From Perkinsus olseni (Eukaryota), in contig JABANN010000269.1 in the NCBI GenBank assembly GCA_013115125.1, positions 1-44,752 on the forward strand: a DNA stretch of 44,752 nt. The letters are read 5' to 3'. Made by a program: the position numbers and the translations under genes. Under the pieces are notes generated by a model. The model was not told where the DNA came from. It saw nothing but the letters and a program-made list of their open reading frames with translations, and did no database searches. Every line of letters begins with the position of its first letter. Within the stretch, counting starts at the first letter, position 1. Shown in pieces: positions 11,301-21,087 of this stretch.

Positions 11301-14036
11301 CATACCCCGTACCCGTGCGGGTAGCCATCTCTGACCAAGACACGGTAAATTACCGCGCGCCACAAAATTATCCTCAGCTACCTGTCCACTGTGCCACTGT
11401 AGGTGAAGGTATTTCTCCGACCAAATACCCCACTCGGTCGATAGGAAAACTTCACCGAATCCTTGTGCGGTGAATCTACTTGTCGAAATCGAAACCACAG
11501 CTTCGCTCCCGTCGGCCACAGCTCCAATTTCGAAACCTGATCGAGGTCGAACCTTGCCTCCGACAAGTACAAAGATACGCCTACGATGTATGGGTAGAAC
11601 CAATGGGTGATGACGTAGGCCACAAAGATGATGAACTCGAGAGTCAGAAACCAACCTGATGAGAAGAAAATGGCAGATTTCAGCGGAGCGAAGCTCTTAC
11701 CAATGACTGTGGTCTCGCCAGAGGTCAAGTCTGAGAACAAGCTCGGCCGTTTAGCCTCATAGTCGAAGACCCAAAGGTACCTACACGGCAAGCACTCAAC
11801 AGCACGACGCGGAGGATGGGGTATGCTACTATTACCACATCATCGCCAAATAGAGGACGGCCAAGGCTAGTTTACCCGTAACATGCTCAGGGGTCTGGTA
11901 ACAGGAGTAGACCGTAGCACCACAGACCACAGTGGTGGCGATTATTAGGATGGCCAGAACCCATGGGGAATGGATTACATCCGTCGCCTGATAGACAGCA
12001 ACGTCAACTCTCTCACACGAACGGGCAGAGACGTCATCATCATTACTATATTCGAAGAACTCCAAACTAGGTCGAATTAATTACATCAAGATACTCAGGT
12101 AGAGCCATGCATGGCCAGAATGGGTGCGACGATGCGGACACAGGGAGCAGGCCTTGAACGAGCCTCCCAAGTCTCATTGCAATCAGCAGCCCCAGCACGC
12201 GTGAGCGCCCTCATCTCGAAGGAGGAGGACGCCCTTCACCCGGTATTACATCTTTATCATCGCTAGTACTCGACATGAACGCCAATTGTGTTAGTATAAA
12301 AAGTATGACCAGAAACACCACTGTAACCTTCAGTGCCTTGCCTCCGCTACCTCGAGCTCTCGCCCTGCCTCCCAGGACCTACACATCACCAGCATAGGAG
12401 GCCTCGTTTCGATCTCAAGTAGCCTCCGTTTCTGAGGGGCTATTCAATAAACTGGTTCTGGAACTCGGGATCGATTCTGGGACCGCATCTCACGTGTAAA
12501 AATCAATCCCAGAATCGATTCTGAGATTCTTGATAAGTTTACTGAACAGGGGGTGATGATCCGCCTGTCGACCCGGCACTACCCTCCTCAGCCGGCGATT
12601 CTCCATCGCAAAAAATGACTTCATCAGAGCTAACTCGTTCAACGGTGCACTGAGGAGACCGCGTCGTCTACTACTGACGAAAGCAAGAGACATGGACTTA
12701 CTTGCGGTGATAGAGAGCAGTGAAGCTCCGCGACAGCGAATTGGGGCCTCCACTCACGGTTTCTGGATGCAGAATGAGACACATTCAACCATCACCAACA
12801 AACCTCGGACGCGACTCGATGGTTTGATGATCACATCATTTGGTATCTCTCCAAGCCCAAAGCGGAAATTTCGAGTTGCACATCCACCAGACAGTCCATT
12901 TATCGCAGAAACTTTTCGTGAGTACACGTCCGCGTCAGGAAGGTTCATCTTTCACGAACTGCAGCATCTAGCTCGAGCCGGAGATTGGACGACAACAACG
13001 GTACTGCGAGAAGCGACCATCATGTCGAGAAAACTGCGAAGAGCCTCACTTCCCGAGCATGCCAATATCGTTCAAAACCCCACAGTGTAAACCAGTCCAC
13101 AATGAGGTCCATCCCAACCGGCGCATTACTTCTATAAACCTTCAGTCTGCCCGCGCCTCCACTGCTAGTCGGGTTCCCAGTACTGGTATCAGTCGGCGGA
13201 GTGTCCATTGCATCAATAACAGGCTCGTGGCCACCCGGTGGAGATATCGTAACTAGCATTGACTCTACAAGGCTCACCATACGCCAATACCTACCGGTGG
13301 GGTTGGGCGGCCGAGCAGACATGGTAGAGGTCGCTGTCGCTGCTGCTGCTGCTGCTGCTGCCATGTTGTCGTCGGACTCCTCGACTCTCGTTAATGAATT
13401 AAATACGCTACTATTCAATGACCCGTTACTAGTGATGCTTGCGTAGCTGTTGTTGTTTTGGCTGGTGTAAACAGGAAGCAAACTTCTTGAGTAAATGCTA
13501 GGAGTCACGACGATCCCTCCAGAGGCTCTGCCAGACGGCGCTGTTCTTGTTTTTGCAGAGGCGCTTCGCTTATCCTGCCGAAATTGATGACAGCTTCTGG
13601 GAAAGAGCTGGAAGCGGTAGTACAATGGGATGCGTTCTGGGGCTCTTCCTCTTCTTCTTCTTGTTATCGAGTGAGTTGAGTAATGGAACGCGTAAAGTGG
13701 CGAGCAAGGGTGACAATTGTGAATATAAAACAGCACCACTGAGTGGGGCCAGCTCCTCCTCCTCTCAAACCCAATGCGAACGATAGGAAATCTCTATCGA
13801 TACACGTGAATCTGAAGCAATCAAACTCGGCGTCGCTAGGGTGACACCTAATGAGTTGGTTCAACTGAGTATAGTAGTCTCACAGTGGTGACACAGTAGC
13901 GTCCGTAGAGTCCACTGGGCCTCGGAAAAAGTCGGACAGTAACGCCACCTTACAATGATTACTCATCACCGATCCCATACACCCGAGCACTAATGGCCGA
14001 CTTGCAACTCAGAAGGAGTGTCGAAGCAACACCCAT
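8388..14036 (-). CDS. Multi-pass membrane protein with a MORN-like segment and a C-terminal DUF900-type alpha/beta hydrolase; many exons
   Basis: Hand-splicing from ATG at 14036 gives TM helices (KVTVVFLVILFILTQLAF; WVLAILIIATTVVCG; WFLTLEFIIFVAYVI) and FTYSGTVD..DGYPHGYGVWSDDSYHGECLFGRWRHGLPVGPFTSRE. It continues through ALIFMHGYN (about 9805-9830), the nucleophile elbow THSMG (about 9395-9410), CLMNPD, YADRNDGAL, VIDCTDMDQNV and LRHSYFNLN to NVYSFLSPPSFLNADRGF* (stop 8388-8390). Confidence 0.8.
12436..12553. mobile_element. MITE-like element (PIF/Harbinger/Tourist-like) inside an intron
   Basis: Imperfect ~45-nt inverted arms, including CTATTCAATAAACT / AGTTTACTGAACAG and a perfect 13-bp ATCGATTCTGGGA (12470-12482) / TCCCAGAATCGAT (12507-12519). 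TGA flanks both ends. It lies in an unusually long 204-nt intron (12379-12582). Confidence 0.6.
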
Positions 14037-14287
14037 CACAACCCAGCTGCCAATGATACTCGACTTGCGCTAGGAAGCGGAATTTCGTGGCGCGCGACAG
14101 CGAAATGATTCAAACCAAAGAAGCCGGCAAAGTAGTGAGCAGTCCTTAAACTCGTAACTGTGTGAAAGGGAAGATTTCAGTTGAAAGCTGTTGCTTGTGT
14201 TAGAAGATCGTAAGCCTTAGAAGGTTAATTTGCCGGTCTGGTTCGCTATCAAGGGGTGTTGCTGTCCGATGCCCCCTGATGGTCACT

Positions 14288-14425
14288 GGAGTCAACACGA
14301 CCCGACATGGCTGGACAGATGCCTCAACCAAATGTACACTGAGACCTTGAGCCAAGATGGCTACCGACTCAAGAGCTTTAGACGGTAAGCCCTCAAGGCT
14401 CTTAAGGAGCAAGTCCTCCTACGGT
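14288..14425 (-). ncRNA. Spliced-leader (SL) RNA gene or pseudogene with an interrupted SL exon
   Basis: The minus strand reads ACC-GTAG-[54 nt]-GTAG-CCATCTTGGCTCAAG followed directly by a GT donor (14345-14344). ACCGTAGCCATCTTGGCTCAAG is the Perkinsus-type SL. Downstream are a stem GTCTCAG/TTGAGGC enclosing Sm-like ATTTGG and a second stem CAGCCATG/CGTGTTG. Length without the insert is about 80 nt; the 3' end is approximate. Confidence 0.75.
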
Positions 14426-15490
14426 AGCACAGGAGATCCCCTGCACGCGTGTACAAAGGAAGACAACCCCTACCAAACAAGCTGATCGAGCATCAATAGG
14501 GGTTAGCGGATGTTCCAGCGCTTCTTGGATAACTTCAGGGCTTCCAATCCCCGCAACGGGCGTTTGTAGGAAAACAAAAATTTACTACGGATATGACCGA
14601 CACCACATACGCCAGAGTCGACGTCTTCATCCGTCCGACAGAGCTACTGAAAGCTGAGAATTGGCCATTTGTCGAAGACACTGTGCACGACTGAAACCTT
14701 CTCCCCTGAGACGAGGATAGCTCGCTAGGAAGGCCGATTACCACTTATCGTTGATAAGGAGTACTCGGCCTTGCTCGTGAACTCGAACGACAACGCAGCC
14801 TGTTCTCAGCGAAAGCAGCCTGTGCCCCGCGCAGGTCCTCGCATTGACGGGGTTGCCGCCGGCCTTGGCATACATTCTCCTCACATTGGTCGTGTGCTCT
14901 CGTGGTCTCACTCCGCAATGACAGAGACAAACGGTAGATCACATGCAAAAAGTTAGTCGGCGCGTCGCCTATCATGCGAAAGCATCGTTGACACTCATGC
15001 GAAGAAGTTCACTCGTGTACAATTGAGCATGTGACTAGAAGCACGTGCCGAAGAGACCGCTCTCACTCACTATGAAGAATCACAATGCTATACGGAGCGC
15101 CGGAATGACGCGAAGGCGCTCATATCAGTATAGCTGCTCTTTTCCTTTACACGTAAGGGTAGGCTGCCCACTGCGGGTCCACAAGTCAAGACATCTCGGT
15201 CTAGTCATTCAGCGACCCCCAAGATACTGGGTTACGAGGGGTGCTGACGACATTCTAGTTTGATAAGCGAGTTCAAATTCCTGGTCTTATTTACACCAGA
15301 ATAATTTACTCCTTTGAAAGGAGTCCATCGAAGTGACTGAGCCCCCCGGTCATGTTCACCGTAGAAGGGCGAGAGCTATACCGCACTAGAAACCCAAGCC
15401 CTTGCGGTGATACATCAGAACATCACATGAACACGAGCTTAGGATGAACATGCATGTAAACACTCATCGGCGGGTCGCTCCGCTCGTCTG

Positions 15491-16420
15491 CTATCCACCG
15501 TGTTTTTCTTTCCAAGTCGTGATAAGCGATCTAATCACGTTCATTCCCGCACGGTTGAAGCGTCCAAACCATCTGATGCCTTTCTCGAGGTTGCCCGGCG
15601 GGTTGCTGGCCAAGAGGGCGAAGATCTTCTCGCACTTCTCTTGGTCCCTAGGAGTGATCGGCAAGTAAGCCCGCACTTCCTCCATAACCGGTGTCCCGAT
15701 TAGATGTTCGAAAGGCAGGACGGACGAGAAATGCTGCCGAGAAGACTCTCGGGCGGCCTTCCCAAACCTGAATCGAGAGGCCGAGTAATGTGTTGGCAGA
15801 AATCATCGAAGACTCGGAGTTTCAATATGGGAGGGTGATTGCAGGCGCAGTATTCAACGCGACTGCGGGAGAGCACATCACTTAGCTACCGATCAGTTCT
15901 TAAGTCGGTGCGTCAAGAGCAATGATATCCGGGGCGTCGTACTTGGTATGGAAAGTCTCCAAACCATTCATGCCGCTCACGTAATATGATTCGGTGATCG
16001 GCATTAGCGAATCTTGAGACTTTTCTTTGAAGTAAACAGTGATCTACTGCTGTTCCCCAAAGTTCACACGCGTTCTCCTGAGCGATGGTCCTTTCTTGAA
16101 GCTGCAGAAAAGGACCATTCATTGTAGTCGAACCCTTCGGGCCTGGGAGCACTAATCCAAGGCCTCCTACCTTGCCTTCCAAATCACCCTTAACCAAGTC
16201 AACAAACTGGTCCACCTTCCCACTCAGCTTCTCCAAGCGATCGTTGATACCAGCTATCTCCTCACGGATGGACTGTATCTGCAAAGTTCAGCAGAAGCCT
16301 TCTGACCCAAGAGGCATCGAAGGCGGGCAGCAGTACCTCTGAACTACTGCCAGTACGAAGCCCCAGAGTTGAGAAAGCAGCGAGCTGCACAACGACTACA
16401 ACTCGACGGGGGGTCATCAT
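15491..16420 (-). CDS. Lineage-specific secreted protein with N-terminal coiled coil (paralog A)
   Basis: MMTPRRVVVVVQLAAFSTLGLRTGSSSE|gtact, then IQSIREEIAGINDRLEKLSGKVDQ, and a last exon SVLPFEHLIGTPVMEEVRAYLPITPRDQEKCEKIFALLA. Clear paralog at 18642-19689. Confidence 0.7.
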
Positions 16421-16784
16421 ATTGATGAAGGTGTCAACTGGAACTCCCAGCCTCGGTCAAAGCGAGACACGAGTTCGATTTTCACAGTAAAGCCACGGGC
16501 GAGCGAGATGAAAAAACTCGCTTCTCCAGTAGACGATGCCTTCATCTACAGACGAAATTCCCCAACAAGAGAAGTGCAAGACTGGCAGGGAAAGGGAGAA
16601 TGCTCAGGGTTCAACGGAGGGAAAGCTAACTTACCCCGCTGCCGAAAGTCAATGTGAAATTCAGTCTCGCTCGCCTGCCAGCCAGATTCTGTCGCCGCCG
16701 TCCCTCCCGTCTCGGAGCGTCCCGTCGCTTCACGCAGGAGGTAGTTCGGCTGACTTAGCTGTACGCTATTGAATAATCATCACC

Positions 16785-17603
16785 ATGCTCCACCTGCAAA
16801 AACACGTACTCCTCCTCCTCGCTGCTGCAGCATCACCGACCGCTCTCTTCTTCAGAGGGAGAGGGATCAAGGTGAGTTCATCAACACTATTGGGATACAC
16901 TTCCTTCACTATTCAGGTCATCACCGACAACATCCCCAAATCTCTGAACTCCTGCTACGCCTTCAGTAAAGACGCTCAGACCTGGGCTTGGTTCAAGGCT
17001 TTTGATGACGACAGCGGTCAGGAATCACGCGGGGTCCACGTTACTGCCCTTACCTGTCTTAACAACGACAAGTCTGGCAGGGACGGCAATGGCGTGTATG
17101 AAGTCCCTGCCGGGTCTCTGAAGTAGCACAGGGACTTACCAATGCGGAGTCTCCATTGCCTTACTCTCAGGGACTTGGGCAAAATATCCACATTCGCCCC
17201 AGCATTCAAGAGCTACAAGACGCGAAGCGGCAAGAGAATCAATGGCATGCCCTACCCGGCCGCTAGCAACAAGAACTGTGCACAGTGGGTGAACCGTCTC
17301 AACAAGTTCTACCATGAAACAGGAGTCATCGCTGAGGTCGCTGAAGCGATGAAGAGGGGCAATTATAATAAGAAGGCCACCAGAGACAGTACTGGCAAGT
17401 TCATTGAAGCGCTGTGTAGAATCCAAAGAGATGGTATCCAGGGAAGAAGCGGCCTGCCCAATTCTGATGGAGAAATCGAAACTCGTCAAGGCGAATCTTC
17501 ACAGGTGAATGAAAAGCTGTTCAACAGAGAGCCGGAGGTTGACCAAGAGGCTGAGAACCCAACGACCGATGCTCCGGACGAGGAAGAGGAGGAAGGCGAA
17601 TGA
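16785..17603 (+). CDS. Lineage-specific secreted protein with acidic C-terminal tail, 3 exons
   Basis: Signal peptide MLHLQKHVLLLLAAAASPTA. GT-AG introns at about 16872-16916 and 17123-17170 join ORFs 16785-17126 and 17142-17603. Four spaced Cys residues; ends in EEEEEGE*. Confidence 0.7.
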
Positions 17604-17958
17604 ACTTTGAAAGGAGGAGACACTCAACGACATGCTCATCAACTCCATACCAAAAAACGCTGGGAAAATTGTGAAGTGAATGTTATGACTCTACATGACG
17701 ATGTATCTATCTGACTTTGAACTCGGATGACCAACCCTTCAAGTGTGTGGTATCAGTAATTTAATCAGAGCCTCTAACTCAGCTGTTGCCTCGAACGGTC
17801 CACTACACCATTTCCCGATCAATTCCAAAACCCTCGGTTCGAAGTAGTACTGGCAACAGCTCTTTCCTTGTAGACTAAGTCATTCTCACTGAGCGGCAAT
17901 ATGGTCGGGCTCTCTCCCAACAGCGCCAGTGCAGCAGCAGCAGCAGTAGCAGTAGCAA

Positions 17959-18291
17959 TTAGTGCTTAGCCACCTGATGACAGTTCTTCCTCCCTATTCT
18001 ATCGTGTGCCAAAACACGTCCTGGACCTTCCCATCGCCCGGCAACTCGGCCGAGTTCGCAGGCAACTGTCTCTGGGTGATGGTAATCATAAACGCTAGCC
18101 TTAACTTCAGTTTTAACTTCAATCTCCTGTACAGCCAACACATCCAACTCAGTGGTTCCGGGCAGCAGCGTCACATCAAACTCAACGTGAATCCTGCGAG
18201 CACCGAACAGCAGCCAACGGTGACCCGAGTTTACCTGTTGTACGCGCAGACTAGTCTCCACCGGAAATTTCCGAGGTAGACTCTCTGGCAA
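17959..18291 (-). CDS. Possible exon of an unidentified gene
   Basis: 110-codon ORF with protein-like composition (RIHVEFDVTLLPGTTELDVLAVQEIEVKTEV). I could not assemble a convincing full gene model. Confidence 0.25.
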   Translation of the reverse strand: MPESLPRKFPVETSLRVQQVNSGHRWLLFGARRIHVEFDVTLLPGTTELDVLAVQEIEVKTEVKASVYDYHHPETVACELGRVAGRWEGPGRVLAHDRIGRKNCHQVAKH

Positions 18292-18641
18292 ACCACCTGA
18301 TAATCCCTTCGCCCATCAAGCGCACAAGAGCTGAAGAAATCCAGAAAAGTTCAACTGATGCGGCGTTGGACACACGCGGGTAGATGTTTCTCTTCGAGCC
18401 TTGCATACACGCACATTGATGTAGCAATGGGTCAGCGAATGAGATGGCTGAAAGCACTCACAAATTCTCTGGCGAAGCGGGAGACCACTGTCCGGACTCG
18501 AGCAGGTGCAAGAAATGGAGTGGTATGGCAAATTACTATTAACTCAATGAGCGAAAATCACATAGCACAGCACAATGACATGAAATAGCATGCGTTGGGA
18601 TAACATTGAAAGATGCAACTGCTTCTCATCATTTGCTTTAC

Positions 18642-19689
18642 CTACATCCTTTGCTTCCTGTTCCAATTCACAACCAGGGGCCCCATCTTTTCGTTCGCCA
18701 CACGGTGGAAGTACCCGATCCATTTGATTCCTCTCTCATACTCGGCCGGAGGGTGCTCAGCCAAGAGGGCGAAGATCTTCTCACATTTCTCTTGATCCCT
18801 AGGAGTGATTGGCAAGTAAGCCCGCAGTTCCCTCATGGCCGGCGTCCCGATCAGATGCTCGAAAGGCAGGACGGACGCGAAATGCTGCCGAGCCTGCAGC
18901 ATGTTATTGGTAATACGAATATCGTGGTATTCATATTCGATCTGTAGCTGCGTGAAGTCTTCATTAAAGCTGAGGGGAATGGCGAATGAGCGGGCAGCGA
19001 CTGGTGACTCGACAGGACGACGATGCATCCGGCAGTAAACCACGGTTCGATGCGACAGCACGGGATCAGAAGTGTGCCTCAAGCAGTACGGAGGAGAAAC
19101 GATCTCAACGACCTCCACTGTCGTACTGCCTGTATCTCAGGTACACCGTAGACTATGATGATGCCTCCTTGCTTACGTCGTAGAGGCGGTAAGCAGGCCG
19201 AATCCAGGGCCAATGAATAAAGTCTCTCGAATCGGAGTTAGAAGGGTCGGTGACTTATCGCCAAAAGTGATTTCGATTTGCTGATTGTTTCCAAACTTAA
19301 GAGTGCACTGGTTCTCCGAGGCTTTGGTTCCTTCTTGGAACTGCAAAACATGAACAGTCAGCGAGAGCACAGATCCAGTGAAACTGTTCCACTGTTTCGA
19401 CTACTGCAGCAGCACTGATGACACCCACCGATTGTAGCTACCAACGAGGGCTCACCTCTCTAGCCATATTGCTTCGCACCAACTCAGTAAGATGATCAAC
19501 TCTGGCGGTTAGCTTTCCCATCTCCTCGACGACCCCATCCACTTTTCCTCTCAGGGATTGCAGCTGAGCAAAACTAATTCACGTAGGGCCTTGCGAAGCG
19601 GCAGCCGCGAGTACCTCCGCGTTGCCGGCGGTCTGGAGCCCCAGGGCTGATGCAACAGCCAGAGACTGTAAGAAAACGATGCGCAACAT
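18642..19689 (-). CDS. Lineage-specific secreted protein (paralog B of 15491-16420)
   Basis: MLRIVFLQSLAVASALGLQTAGNAE|gtact has the same first intron position as paralog A. The last exon reads FASVLPFEHLIGTPAMRELRAYLPITPRDQEKCEKIFALLA. Confidence 0.7.
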
Positions 19690-21000
19690 TGAGGCTAGAA
19701 AAAGATCAACTGGAATTCACTGTCTCCGCGTCCGCTCGCCCCGAGACACACGTAACTTGCCATCAGTCTCGGGCGCAGCGATAAACAACTCCTGCCAATC
19801 GCGCGAAGCACCGTAGAGGTACGCCCATTTTCGCCTCAGTATTCGAGAGCTATTAGACAAAAAACGGCAAAAGGAACAACGGTATACCCTAGCAATAAGA
19901 ATCGCGCACCGTGGGTGAACCTGTTCAACGAAGTCTACCGTGAGACAGAAGCCACTTAACGGCGAATCACATAAAATGTGTGGGAGTTAATAGTCGAGTG
20001 ACGTCTCTGGCCGACTCATGCCGATGCGCTCTGGTAGGGGCTCTCTGTAGCGTTGTTATGCAGTGTGCTTGATTGGTCTGTAGCGCATCCTACATATGTT
20101 ACCGTAACTACTATAGCTCATACGACAGTAAAATCCCGCACTGAAAGAATTGTCTTCTTAAGCAGTTGCAGCGGTCGAGAAACCAAGGCCTCGCAGATGT
20201 CGAAATACCTCAGCCGGATTGCGTCTTGTCTTGGTGAGTTGCAACTCTCATCCTCAAATTATCCGCAAATATCTTTTCCCGGCAAATTGTTGAACATCGC
20301 ACAGTTGTGCATCATCATTCTAATCGTACACAGCGAATGCCGCGGCAAGTCACAAGATGCAACGATTCTTATCGAGCAATCGGAACGTGTCCCGACGACG
20401 CTGTCGAGAATGCCGCTGCCTCAGAGCCACACTTGTCACTCAGAGTATGATTCGCCATGTACTGTATACCCATTCACTCGGTTCAGTCGAGGTCGAGGGG
20501 AGGCTGCCCAACTCAAGCAGTCACCTGAGGCGATCTAAATTCCTTCGCCGCCAAACCCTGGGTGGTCATCTCCCCAGGCTAGGCCCTGAGCTGATAACAT
20601 CAGTTGAAGCTGGACATGGCGTTAGACCATGATCTCGTCCACCCGAAGGCGTTCGAGACGTCGGAAGGGCTGGCAGCACTGATATACTTGACCTTGGTAG
20701 ATGGGCAGGAGAATACTCTCCATTAGAATCCGTTACGGCCAAGCAAAGACACTAGTATCGGCATATCTGGGAACGAAGCAAGCATGCCTTGCCGAAGCTC
20801 ATCATCCTGAAATGGTGACGGCTGGCTGAGATGGTCGGGGATGAAAATGATCCAGGTGTCAGAAGTAGACGAGTCACACCTCGGTGATAACGGGACTCAG
20901 TTCTCCACGTATACCACAAGCTGCCAACCCGAGCCATCTATTGGTGAACTATAGACGTGGCAGATGCGACAACAGCAACAATATCGACATGATCGTAGAC

Positions 21001-21049
21001 AACAAAAACAACAACAACAACAACAACAACAATGAGGAGGAGGAGGAGG
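21001..21049. repeat. (AAC)n microsatellite followed by (GAG)n
   Basis: aacaaaaacaacaacaacaacaacaacaacaatgaggaggaggaggag seen directly, just beyond the stop of the 21088-22170 gene. Confidence 0.85.
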
Positions 21050-21087
21050 TGAGGCAAGGAGAAAGGAGGGAGAATCACAGAGGCTAC

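Noticed and set aside
19800-21000. Several ORFs of 60-160 codons between paralog B and the intronless gene
   Set aside because: I could not splice them into a coherent protein and found no motif. A gene here is not excluded.
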